Assembly: GCA_964640305.1 (NCBI GenBank)
Contig: CAZXFF010000003.1
Location: 5,572-69,571 of the forward strand
Source: an uncultured Muribaculaceae bacterium
Lineage (GTDB): Bacteria > Bacteroidota > Bacteroidia > Bacteroidales > UBA932
Reading direction: 5' to 3'
Length of the DNA stretch: 64,000 bases
Shown here in pieces: positions 55,203 to 64,000 of the stretch. Every line of letters begins with the position of its first letter. The stretch's first letter is position 1. The translations under genes were made by a program, and so were the position numbers. The notes below the pieces were generated by a model, which searched no databases, was not told the DNA's origin, and saw only the letters and a list, made by a program, of their open reading frames with translations.

Positions 55203-56399
55203 ATGCATAGAATGAAAGAAAACACTGAACCGGTACTGGAAACTGCAGTAGTAGTATCTGTCATTCCACAGGGTGTAGATGACAACAGGATAAAAGAAAA
55301 CCTTGATGAACTGGAATTCCTCGCACTTACAGCAGGGGCCAAGAGCATAAAAAGATTTACCCAACGCATGGAAAAGGCTAATTCCAGGACTTATGTGGGA
55401 ACCGGGAAAATTGAGGAAATCAAAGTATTCATAACTGAAAACGAAATAAAACTGGTGCTTTTTGATGACGAACTTAGCCCATCGCAACTGAGAAATCTTG
55501 AAAAGGAACTGGAATGCAGGATTCTTGACAGGACAAATCTGATTCTGGACATATTCGCACAAAGAGCAAAGACTGCCTATGCAAAAACTCAGGTAGAGCT
55601 TGCCCAATACCAATATCTTCTGCCAAGGCTAACCAGGATGTGGACACACCTGGAAAGACAGAGAGGTGGAATCGGCATGAGGGGGCCGGGAGAAAGCCAG
55701 ATAGAAACAGACAGAAGGATCATCCTCAATAAAATCAGCCTGCTGAAAGAACAGCTGAAAAGGATTGACAGGCAAATGCTTTCACAGAGAGGGAACAGAG
55801 GATCATTGGTAAGGGTCTCTTTGGTAGGCTATACCAATGCAGGTAAGAGTACGCTTATGAACCTTCTCTCAAAAAGCGATGTCTTTGCAGAAAACAAACT
55901 GTTTGCAACATTGGATACAACGGTGAGAAAAGTTGTAATAGACAATGTTCCTTTCCTGCTCTCAGACACTGTAGGATTCATACGCAAACTGCCCACTCAA
56001 CTGATAGAATCCTTCAAAAGTACCTTGGACGAAGTACGTGAAGCTGACATACTTCTCCATGTAGTAGATATCTCCCACCCGGATTTTGAAGAACAGATAA
56101 ATGCTGTAAACAGAACACTAGCGGAAATAGGCGCCAAAGATAAACCGATATTCATGGTCTTCAACAAGATCGACGCATACAAATACGTAGAGATGAGCGA
56201 ATATGAACTAGGCAACGAGAAACCGGAAAATATTTCACTTGAAAGACTTGAAAAGCATTGGATTGCAAAAGAAAACTCAGCCTGCATATTCATTTCTGCG
56301 AAAGAAAAACTGAATATCGACAAATTGAGGGCAAACCTGTACTCAATGGTAAGGGAAATACACGCAGGAAGGTACCCATTCAATAATCTGCTGTATTGA
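55203..56399 (+). CDS. hflX: GTPase HflX
   Basis: HflX N-terminal domain plus G-domain motifs (GYTNAGKST, DTVGF, NKID). The start is set at ATG 55203 (or 55212) because 55164-55202 contains a terminator. Confidence 0.88.
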   Translation: MHRMKENTEPVLETAVVVSVIPQGVDDNRIKENLDELEFLALTAGAKSIKRFTQRMEKANSRTYVGTGKIEEIKVFITENEIKLVLFDDELSPSQLRNLEKELECRILDRTNLILDIFAQRAKTAYAKTQVELAQYQYLLPRLTRMWTHLERQRGGIGMRGPGESQIETDRRIILNKISLLKEQLKRIDRQMLSQRGNRGSLVRVSLVGYTNAGKSTLMNLLSKSDVFAENKLFATLDTTVRKVVIDNVPFLLSDTVGFIRKLPTQLIESFKSTLDEVREADILLHVVDISHPDFEEQINAVNRTLAEIGAKDKPIFMVFNKIDAYKYVEMSEYELGNEKPENISLERLEKHWIAKENSACIFISAKEKLNIDKLRANLYSMVREIHAGRYPFNNLLY

Positions 56400-56406
56400 G
56401 CAAAGA

Positions 56407-57216
56407 TTATTTCACCGACTGCTGTAGAAACGGAAGGAGTATATCAAGAACCTTCTGCGGATCCTCTATAAAAGAATTGTGCCCTACTCCTGAAATGACC
56501 TTGCAGACTGCATTGGGAAGACTTGTTACAACATTTGAAATCATTTCAGGGGACGCATAGGTGTCAGAATCACCGAAGATGAAAAGTACTGGAACATTGG
56601 TCTCACGGAGAAGCTCGACGCTGTCACTACGTGCCATCAGCCCTCTGACAACTGCACATATCCCCATGGGATCATGCGTCTCACATATTTCAACTGTCTC
56701 GGAAATTTTTCTGTCGCACTTGCGTAGATTGACTTTGGAATACATATTGGGTATTGCGATCTGAGCTAAAGAAAGCAATCTCCCCTGCCCTATCAGATTG
56801 ATCTCCTTTTCCCTTTGAGAACGTTTGTCAGGATTATCGGCATAAGGGCTTGAATTGATATGCACCAGGGCTTCAACCATATCCGGATACTGTCTGAGAA
56901 ATTGCTGAGCAACGTAACCACCCATTGAATGACCGGCAATGGTAAGCTTCTGGACAGATTTTGACGATAAGAACTGATAGATGGTTTCTGCAATGAATTG
57001 CATCGTATTTGACTCCGGATGACTTCCGGAAAGTCCGTGACCCGGTAGATCTATAGCAATAATCCGGTAAGAGTCAGGGAGCATCTCCCTGAACTCTTCC
57101 CAGATATACAATGTTTCCAGATAACCATGGAGCAAAAGCAATACTTTGTCTCCGTTCCCGGATTCGGAAACATGCAACGGAATTCCGTTACTGAAGACAA
57201 AGTACTCCCTGTTCAT
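56407..57216 (-). CDS. Alpha/beta-fold hydrolase
   Basis: 269 aa with HG (LLLHGY) and a nucleophile elbow GHSMGG. Confidence 0.75.
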   Translation of the reverse strand: MNREYFVFSNGIPLHVSESGNGDKVLLLLHGYLETLYIWEEFREMLPDSYRIIAIDLPGHGLSGSHPESNTMQFIAETIYQFLSSKSVQKLTIAGHSMGGYVAQQFLRQYPDMVEALVHINSSPYADNPDKRSQREKEINLIGQGRLLSLAQIAIPNMYSKVNLRKCDRKISETVEICETHDPMGICAVVRGLMARSDSVELLRETNVPVLFIFGDSDTYASPEMISNVVTSLPNAVCKVISGVGHNSFIEDPQKVLDILLPFLQQSVK

Positions 57217-57219
57217 GTG

Positions 57220-57999
57220 TTAATCCTTAAGTTTTGCGCAAAGGAACTCTCTGTTAAGACGGGCTATATGGGATACGGTAATACCCTTGGGACATTCCAT
57301 CTGGCAAGCCTGAGTGTTTGTACAAGCACCGAAGCCAAGCTCGTCCATTTTCTGAACCATTGCTTTTGCCCTGCGTGCTGCCTCGGGACGTCCCTGAGGG
57401 AGGAGAGCAAGCGAACTTACTCTTGCAGCCACAAACAGCATCGCCGAGCCGTTTTTGCAGGTTGCAACACAAGCACCGCAACCTACACAAGCTGCAGCAT
57501 CCATGCTTTCGTCAGCTTTCTGCTTCGGAATCAGGATTGAATTGGCATCCTGAGCCCCACCTGTATTGACTGAGATGAAACCGCCTGCCTGAAGAATTTT
57601 GTCGAACGCTCCCCTATTTACAACGAGGTCCTTGATTACAGGAAAACCTGCACTTCTCCATGGTTCGATAGTGATTGTATCACCGTCCTTGAATTTACGC
57701 ATGTGAAGCTGGCATGTGGTAATTTCACTGTCAGGACCATGGGGATGACCGTTGATGTAAAGAGAACACATACCGCAGATACCTTCGCGGCAATCGTGGT
57801 CAAAAGCTATAGGACCAGAATTCTTGCAGCCTTTATTGACCGCTACTGGCTCGTTTCCTTCACGGATCAGCTGGTCATTGAGAATATCCAGCATCTCAAG
57901 GAAGGAAGTATCCGCTGAAATATCGGTTACTTTATATGTTTCAAAGTGACCTTTGTCCTTGGCGTTTTTCTGACGCCATACTTTCAATGTAAAATTCAT
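57220..57999 (-). CDS. frdB: Fumarate reductase/succinate dehydrogenase iron-sulfur subunit
   Basis: 259 aa with three Cys clusters ([32 protein letters not shown]). Confidence 0.9.
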   Translation of the reverse strand: MNFTLKVWRQKNAKDKGHFETYKVTDISADTSFLEMLDILNDQLIREGNEPVAVNKGCKNSGPIAFDHDCREGICGMCSLYINGHPHGPDSEITTCQLHMRKFKDGDTITIEPWRSAGFPVIKDLVVNRGAFDKILQAGGFISVNTGGAQDANSILIPKQKADESMDAAACVGCGACVATCKNGSAMLFVAARVSSLALLPQGRPEAARRAKAMVQKMDELGFGACTNTQACQMECPKGITVSHIARLNREFLCAKLKD

Positions 58000-58014
58000 A
58001 TTAAAATTCCCTCC

Positions 58015-59961
58015 TTAGTCTTTATAGTTACGTGTTGAAGGTTTGACGAATTCGAAATTAAGAGGTTCCTTGTGAAGTACGGGTTCTTTGTCTGCACCTG
58101 TGTATTCCCATGCTGCTACATACACGAAGTTGACATCATCCCTGAGTGTTTCTCCATCGGGAGTCTGCATTTCTTCCCTGAAGTGACCGCCGCATGACTC
58201 TTTTCTATGAAGGGCATCCCTTGCCATAAGTTCACCGATTTCCATGAAGTCAGCCACCCTGAGTGCCTTTTCAATTTCAGGGTTGAACTCACCGTTTTCA
58301 CCTGGAACATATACATCTTCCCAGAACTTCTTCCTGAGAGCCTGTATCTCGACAATAGCCTTCTTCAGACCTGCTTCGTTGCGTGCCATACCGACATGTT
58401 CCCACATGATATGACCAAGCTGCTTATGGTAATAATCTACAGTCTGGGTACCCTTGATCGAGAAGAGTTTTGCGATTTTTTCACGGACTGCTTTCTCAGC
58501 TTCTGCAAATGCAGGATCGTTGGTATCGACCTTGGGTTCCTGTATCTTGTGTGAAAGATAATCACCGATAGTGTAGGGGAGGATAAAGTATCCGTCTGCG
58601 AGTCCCTGCATAAGGGCCGATGCACCTAGCCTGTTACCGCCATGGTCGCTGAAGTTTGCTTCACCTATAGCATACAGGCCAGGAATGGTAGTCTGAAGGT
58701 TGTAGTCAACCCAGATACCTCCCATTGTATAGTGTATTGCCGGATAAATCATCATGGGCTCTTCGTACGGATTTACTGCAGTAATCTTTTCATACATCTG
58801 GAAAAGGTTTCCGTAACGGGCAGTAATCACATCCTTGCCCAATCTCTTGATGGCCGTTGAAAAATCGAGGAATACAGCGAGACCTGTTTCGTTTACACCA
58901 TAACCTGCATCGCATCTTTCCTTGGCTGCACGTGAAGCAACGTCACGGGGAACAAGGTTACCGAATGCAGGATATCTGCGCTCAAGATAATAGTCGCGGT
59001 CTTCTTCAGGTATCTGTGAAGCCTTGATTTCCTTCGCTCTGAGTCTCTTGACATCTTCAAGCTTCTTGGGCACCCAGATACGTCCGTCATTCCTGAGGGA
59101 CTCACTCATAAGGGTCAGTTTTGACTGCTGGTCTCCATGTACAGGAATACATGTAGGGTGGATCTGTGCAAAGCAAGGATTTGCAAAATAGGCTCCTTTC
59201 TTATAGCACTGCCATGCTGCAGAACCATTGGAGTTCATTGCGTTTGTAGAAAGGAAATACACGTTTCCGTAACCTCCTGATGCCAATACAACAGCATGTG
59301 CACCGAAACGTTCGATTTCACCTGTTACAAGGTTACGGGCAATGATACCGCGTGCCTCACCGTTTATGACCACGAGATCCAGCATTTCATGACGCGGATA
59401 AGATTTTACGCTTCCCTTGGCAATCTGCCTGTTCAACGAAGCATATGCTCCGAGAAGAAGCTGCTGTCCGGTTTGTCCGCGGGCATAAAAAGTACGGCTT
59501 ACCTGAGCACCTCCGAAGGAACGGTTATCCAACTGTCCGCCGTAATCACGTGCAAAAGGTACACCCTGGGCTACGCACTGGTCAATGATAAGGTTGCTGA
59601 CCTCGGCTAACCTGTACACATTAGCTTCACGACTGCGATAGTCTCCGCCCTTGATGGTATCATAGAAAAGACGGTAAACGGAGTCATTGTCGTTTTGGTA
59701 GTTCTTAGCTGCATTTATACCACCCTGAGCCGCAATAGAGTGAGCGCGGCGAGGTGAGTCACTTATGCAAAAAATCTTAACATTATAGCCTAATTCACCG
59801 AGGGTAGCTGCTGCAGAAGCGCCACCGAGACCAGTACCAACAACAATAATGTCGAGTTTTCTCTTATTGGCTGGGCTGACCACGCGGATTGCGGCTTTAT
59901 GCTTAGTCCATTTTTCTGCCAAAGGACCTTCCGGAACTTTGGAAATTAACTTATCCTCCAT
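58015..59961 (-). CDS. frdA: Fumarate reductase/succinate dehydrogenase flavoprotein subunit
   Basis: 648 aa from the ATG at 59961 (MEDKLIS), with the FAD motif [12 protein letters not shown], the FAD-linking His region ([14 protein letters not shown]) and a catalytic-site region (HYTMGG). Confidence 0.92.
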   Translation of the reverse strand: MEDKLISKVPEGPLAEKWTKHKAAIRVVSPANKRKLDIIVVGTGLGGASAAATLGELGYNVKIFCISDSPRRAHSIAAQGGINAAKNYQNDNDSVYRLFYDTIKGGDYRSREANVYRLAEVSNLIIDQCVAQGVPFARDYGGQLDNRSFGGAQVSRTFYARGQTGQQLLLGAYASLNRQIAKGSVKSYPRHEMLDLVVINGEARGIIARNLVTGEIERFGAHAVVLASGGYGNVYFLSTNAMNSNGSAAWQCYKKGAYFANPCFAQIHPTCIPVHGDQQSKLTLMSESLRNDGRIWVPKKLEDVKRLRAKEIKASQIPEEDRDYYLERRYPAFGNLVPRDVASRAAKERCDAGYGVNETGLAVFLDFSTAIKRLGKDVITARYGNLFQMYEKITAVNPYEEPMMIYPAIHYTMGGIWVDYNLQTTIPGLYAIGEANFSDHGGNRLGASALMQGLADGYFILPYTIGDYLSHKIQEPKVDTNDPAFAEAEKAVREKIAKLFSIKGTQTVDYYHKQLGHIMWEHVGMARNEAGLKKAIVEIQALRKKFWEDVYVPGENGEFNPEIEKALRVADFMEIGELMARDALHRKESCGGHFREEMQTPDGETLRDDVNFVYVAAWEYTGADKEPVLHKEPLNFEFVKPSTRNYKD

Positions 59962-60030
59962 AATGTAAAACTTAGTATATAAAATATGTTGCAATTTTAC
60001 TCGCTTTTTACCACTTATCCAAACGTTTCT

Positions 60031-60846
60031 TCATGATTTTGACCTAATCCATGCACGAATATCGTCAGGAATACGTCTCGGATTCTTGAAAAGGTAATGA
60101 AAAACAAAATACAGCTTGACCAAATGATATTGCAGGATTGAAAAATTCCTACGGTAAAAAAGCCTCGCTGACCTCTGGACTGCTGTTTCCCGCTCCAGAG
60201 AGGACCATCTGGATGAACTGCTTGCACCTCCGTAATGGTATATCTCGGATGATAAAGGAACAACCTGTATCCCCTTTTTCCATATTGAATAAAAAAGTTC
60301 CAGATCCTCTGAATACATGAAATATTCTTCACACCACCTTCCTATCTGATAAAAAAGGGTTTTAGGTATTATGACTGAAGCACCCTTGTACCATATCCTG
60401 GATTTCCTTCTGCATAAATACCAGTAGAAAAGATCTTTGAGCAGCGGGATCGGCATAGGTCTGTTTTCCAAAGTTCCGTCCCTGTTGCGCAAAGGATTGA
60501 CATATACATGATCCGGATTCTCAAAGACTTCAAGATAATCATCATTAATTGATGCTGATACCCTTGTATCAGGATTGAGGAAATGGAAAAAGTCTCCTGT
60601 AGCAACATTCGATGCAGCATTGTTCGCTTTCGCAAACCCTAGATTGGAGTCTGAACATATGAAAATGAACCTGCTGTCTGTTCTGAACTTTATGCACCGG
60701 GAAACAGAATCATCGGATGATGCATTGTCAAATACTATCACTTCATAATCCACCGTAAGATTGTCTGCTATACTCTCAAGACAATCATACAGAAGTCCGG
60801 AAGTATTATAATTCACTATTATGATGGACAGCTTATTTCTTTCCAT
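60031..60846 (-). CDS. Family 2 glycosyltransferase
   Basis: 271 aa with SIIIVNYN, VFDNASSD and a DxD-like region. Confidence 0.8.
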   Translation of the reverse strand: MERNKLSIIIVNYNTSGLLYDCLESIADNLTVDYEVIVFDNASSDDSVSRCIKFRTDSRFIFICSDSNLGFAKANNAASNVATGDFFHFLNPDTRVSASINDDYLEVFENPDHVYVNPLRNRDGTLENRPMPIPLLKDLFYWYLCRRKSRIWYKGASVIIPKTLFYQIGRWCEEYFMYSEDLELFYSIWKKGIQVVPLSSEIYHYGGASSSSRWSSLERETAVQRSARLFYRRNFSILQYHLVKLYFVFHYLFKNPRRIPDDIRAWIRSKS

Positions 60847-62293
60847 ACAGTTTTCTAATATACTTCAGGAACTCGTTCCGGATATCGGTATACTCTTCGT
60901 TCCTGTAAAGAGTTTCATATACAATTACAACTACAGCAAATCCTGTTCCCAGCTGCAGCAGCAAACGGAGCCAGTGATCCATTCCGACAAAATTCCAGAG
61001 ATTTACAGTAAATGCCATTATCGCAGCGACTGTAAAGGTAGGCAAAATATCACAGATCTGGCTTGACAGTCCGTACCCCAGAATACGGGATACGAATATA
61101 CCGTGCACAGCATAAAGGAAAGCATATACAGCAACCATGCTCCAAAGCAATGCCTCTATACTTACGAATATCCCGAAAATGACAGGTATCACGGCCATTA
61201 CTGTCTTTACTATCTCCAATATCAGCGTAAGATCGGACCTACCGTCAGCATTAATAACATTTGCACTGCACATCATAAGCGGTAAGAATACTCCGGAAAG
61301 GCATATTATCTTCAGATAAGCGACAGACGGAAGCCACTGCGGCCCGAAAACTGTGACAGTAAATGATTCTGCTATGGCCCATACACCGAAAACTGCTGTA
61401 AATGATATTAACATGGTAGTCTTGAGTATCTTCCTGTATACCTGCTTTTGCCTTTCCCTTTCATCCTGAATCGAAGCCAACACAGGATAACTTACCTTCT
61501 GCATTACGGTACTTACATTTGACGTAACCATATTCTTTATCTTGTCAGCCCTTGAAAACTGCCCAAGAACGGAAGCCGAATACATTTTCCCTATAATGAA
61601 AGAATACATCTCGTTCCAGAGTGTACTTATTATAGATGTAAGCAAAAGCCTGCTTCCGAAAGAAAACATTTCCCTGAAACTTGCAACGGAAAAAACCAGT
61701 CCTGGCTTCCACCGTGTGAAACACCACAGCATAACCATATAAACTGCAAGTTTCGAAAGCTGCATGACAACCAGACTCCAAAGTCCATATCCGGCTACTG
61801 CAGCGCCTATAGCCAGAATACCGGATATAACTGAAGATATGCTGGAGATTACTGCCTGTGTACGAAAATCCATCTTTCGCACGAGAATTACTTTGTTTAC
61901 AATGCTCAATGCATTTATAATAAGTGAAATACCCAATATACGTATGACTTTTACAAGGATATCCACAGCAAAGAACCGTGCAATATATGGAGCAGAAAAA
62001 TACAATATTGCATATAAAACAAGACTCAGAATCAGATTGAAATAGAAAACAGTATTCTTATCTTCTTCCGTAGCTTCCTTTTTTCTTACCAGAGCACCAT
62101 GGAACCCGCTGTCTACCAACGAAGTTGATAAGGTAAGAAATATAGAAGTCATTCCAATTATACCGAAATCAGTATCCGTCAGAAGCCTGGCAAGCACAAT
62201 GGTAGCGGCAGCCGTTATTCCTGAACTCAATATATTGTCAATGAATCCCCAGCTTACACCTTTTGCTGTTTTTTCCTTAAGACTTTCCCCCAT
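60833..62293 (-). CDS. MOP-superfamily polysaccharide/oligosaccharide flippase (Wzx-like)
   Basis: 486 aa with about 12-14 TM helices and a typical polysaccharide-biosynthesis-protein N-terminus (AKGVSWGFIDNILSSGI). It overlaps both flanking glycosyltransferase genes. Confidence 0.8.
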   Translation of the reverse strand: MGESLKEKTAKGVSWGFIDNILSSGITAAATIVLARLLTDTDFGIIGMTSIFLTLSTSLVDSGFHGALVRKKEATEEDKNTVFYFNLILSLVLYAILYFSAPYIARFFAVDILVKVIRILGISLIINALSIVNKVILVRKMDFRTQAVISSISSVISGILAIGAAVAGYGLWSLVVMQLSKLAVYMVMLWCFTRWKPGLVFSVASFREMFSFGSRLLLTSIISTLWNEMYSFIIGKMYSASVLGQFSRADKIKNMVTSNVSTVMQKVSYPVLASIQDERERQKQVYRKILKTTMLISFTAVFGVWAIAESFTVTVFGPQWLPSVAYLKIICLSGVFLPLMMCSANVINADGRSDLTLILEIVKTVMAVIPVIFGIFVSIEALLWSMVAVYAFLYAVHGIFVSRILGYGLSSQICDILPTFTVAAIMAFTVNLWNFVGMDHWLRLLLQLGTGFAVVVIVYETLYRNEEYTDIRNEFLKYIRKLYGKK

Positions 62294-63398
62294 TATGTTC
62301 TAGAACTGAATCATATATTGAAATCATTGCAGCAACATTGTCTTTCCAATGATAGTACTGCATCACTCTTTTTCTTCCGTTTTTACCCATTACTTCCCTA
62401 AGGGAAGGATTGGAATAAAGTCTTCCGATAGCCGATGCTGCTTCCTTTACCGAATTCCCTTCAATCATTATGCCCGTCTTACCATCCTCTACAACTTCTC
62501 TGAAACCGTCTGCTCCTGAAACCACTACAGGACATTCGCAGGCCATAGCTTCTACTGCAGACACTCCGAAACTCTCGCTGGAAGAAAGGAAACAAGCTAC
62601 ATCGAAAGAACTGTAAACTGCCGGCAATGAAGAGTTATCCATATTTCCTAAGAAACGGACAGAATCTGCGATATGAAGTTCTTCTGAAAGATTACGGAGA
62701 AAATCCCGCTGTTCTCCATCCCCGGCAATGACAAGCCTTGCCTCAGGAACATTGAAATTTTCCTTAAAAAGTGCAAAAGCCCTGATAAGTCTGTCTATTC
62801 CGTATACAGGTTTAAGTGATTTCACTGTACCGACAGTAAAAGGATGATGAAAACCTAGTGGCTGAATAATTTTCCTGAACAGTGAACAATCCACTCCAAA
62901 CGGGGTAATCTCACATGTTCCCTTGAAAAACAAGGACGTCCTCTTTGCCATGATACGGCTTGTAGAAAGCACTTTATCCGCCTTATTCAAAGAATATTCT
63001 ACAATCTTACGGTTCAATGCTGACTGCTCAGGATAAATATAGACATCAGACCCCCATACTGAAAGAAGGAAAGGGTGAAATCCTGTCAAAGATGCCACGA
63101 GACCGAAACTGGTAGCATAGTGGGCATGCAATATGTCGGGATTTTCCTTCCTTATTATCTTTTTAAGATAACGCACTGCGTGCAGATGCCTGAGGATTCC
63201 AGCAGCCTTGGATAACGGATTTGTCTTGCTGTATGTAAAAAGGTCATAAACATGATACTTGAAACCATTACGGTCAAAGTAACTGTCTCCTGGGGGATAA
63301 AGAGTAAACAAGACTATATCCACCCCCTCGCTGGAAAGAGCTTCAACCCATCTTCTGGTATGGATGCTACGTGCATCTGCGACCAACAGTACTTTCAT
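62277..63398 (-). CDS. Family 4 (GT-B) glycosyltransferase
   Basis: ATG at 63398 (the ORF-track TTG is at 63401), with an EX7E-type motif region (SESFGVSAVEAMACECPVV). Its ATG overlaps the ruvB stop (TGATG). Confidence 0.8.
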   Translation of the reverse strand: MKVLLVADARSIHTRRWVEALSSEGVDIVLFTLYPPGDSYFDRNGFKYHVYDLFTYSKTNPLSKAAGILRHLHAVRYLKKIIRKENPDILHAHYATSFGLVASLTGFHPFLLSVWGSDVYIYPEQSALNRKIVEYSLNKADKVLSTSRIMAKRTSLFFKGTCEITPFGVDCSLFRKIIQPLGFHHPFTVGTVKSLKPVYGIDRLIRAFALFKENFNVPEARLVIAGDGEQRDFLRNLSEELHIADSVRFLGNMDNSSLPAVYSSFDVACFLSSSESFGVSAVEAMACECPVVVSGADGFREVVEDGKTGIMIEGNSVKEAASAIGRLYSNPSLREVMGKNGRKRVMQYYHWKDNVAAMISIYDSVLEHNGGKS

Positions 63399-64000
63399 CA
63401 AAACAAAGTTCCTGTATTTCCGGTTTCAAATCTGGTAACTCCAAGATGGCTGTATGCCAGATCAGTCGCCTCCCTTCCTCTAGGCGTCCTGTGGATAAAA
63501 CCTTCCTTTATAAGGAAAGGTTCATAAACTTCCTCTATAGTCCCCGGGTCCTCTCCTACAGCTGTAGCAATGGTTCCGAGACCTACAGGTCCCCCTTTAA
63601 ACTTATGTATTATTGTTCCCAGAATCTTGTTGTCTATCGAATCCAGACCTCTGGTATCAATGTTCAATGCATCCAAGGCATACGAAGAAATATCCAGATC
63701 GATGATTCCGGATCCTTTGACCTGAGCAAAATCCCTTACCCTTCTCAAAAGTGAATTGGCAATCCTTGGAGTACCGCGGCTTCTCATGGCTATCTCCATA
63801 GCAGCCCTGTCTTCAATTTCTATATCAAGGATATCAGCACTTCGTTTTATTATGTTCTTAAGGACAGATGCGTCATAATATTCAAGATGTGCCTGAATAC
63901 CGAAACGTGCCCTTAAAGGGGACGTTATCAGTCCGCTTCGTGTAGTGGCGCCTATAAGGGTAAAACGGTTCAGGGAAATCTGGACTGACCTGGCCCCTGG
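63398..64000 (-). CDS. ruvB: Holliday junction DNA helicase RuvB, C-terminal part (the 5' end lies outside the window)
   Basis: The frame stays open to the window edge. Carries [20 protein letters not shown] and the winged-helix tail [15 protein letters not shown]. Confidence 0.92.
   Translation of the reverse strand, partial: PGARSVQISLNRFTLIGATTRSGLITSPLRARFGIQAHLEYYDASVLKNIIKRSADILDIEIEDRAAMEIAMRSRGTPRIANSLLRRVRDFAQVKGSGIIDLDISSYALDALNIDTRGLDSIDNKILGTIIHKFKGGPVGLGTIATAVGEDPGTIEEVYEPFLIKEGFIHRTPRGREATDLAYSHLGVTRFETGNTGTLF

Overview
This window reads as core chromosome of a Bacteroidota (Bacteroidales-like) organism. That call rests on at least 17 perfect TAnnTTTG -7 promoter boxes at sensible distances from starts, a fused secDF, frdAB-type fumarate reductase genes, PepSY-like and DUF2723-like genes, and many lipoproteins with a Cys lipobox.

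About 60 genes are present, nearly all housekeeping:
- Biosynthesis and chaperones: bioC (partial)-bioD, groES-groEL.
- Envelope regulation and redox: two ECF sigma/anti-sigma modules, three thioredoxin-fold lipoproteins, a DsbD-like reductase.
- Transport and lipids: pnuC, a Na/Pi transporter, an OlsF-like fused acyltransferase, fused secDF, a fadD-like ligase.
- RNA and translation: tadA, tRNA-Gln, tRNA-Pro, yidD-rnpA, a SUI1-like factor, glyQS, mnmG-ybeY, hflX.
- DNA repair: uvrC, ruvA, ruvB (partial).
- Other: a hemD-like gene, a tnaA-like lyase, nfeD-floA, a PepSY-like/histidine kinase/response regulator unit, folK-sufT-sufE-sufS, gcvH, mdh, a TonB-family gene, frdA-frdB and a 3-gene glycan cassette.

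I see no integrase, transposase, phage, CRISPR or recognisable defence genes, and I cannot honestly point to a convincing new protein-coding system.

The items most worth a second look are:
1. A roughly 1.1 kb ORF-free, GC-rich block (3853-4923) built from serially duplicated hairpin modules, next to an AT-rich orphan segment.
2. A response-regulator gene broken by a +1 frameshift in an A8 tract, with the lost frame still encoding the canonical C-terminus.
3. A perfect sigma-54-type -24/-12 element in front of groES.
4. A divergent pair of ECF-type promoters sharing CGTGTAAC.
5. frdAB without the expected cytochrome b gene, abutting a glycan cassette that is translationally coupled to ruvB.

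All product calls come from motif and architecture recognition by eye. No similarity search or RNA-folding computation was run.
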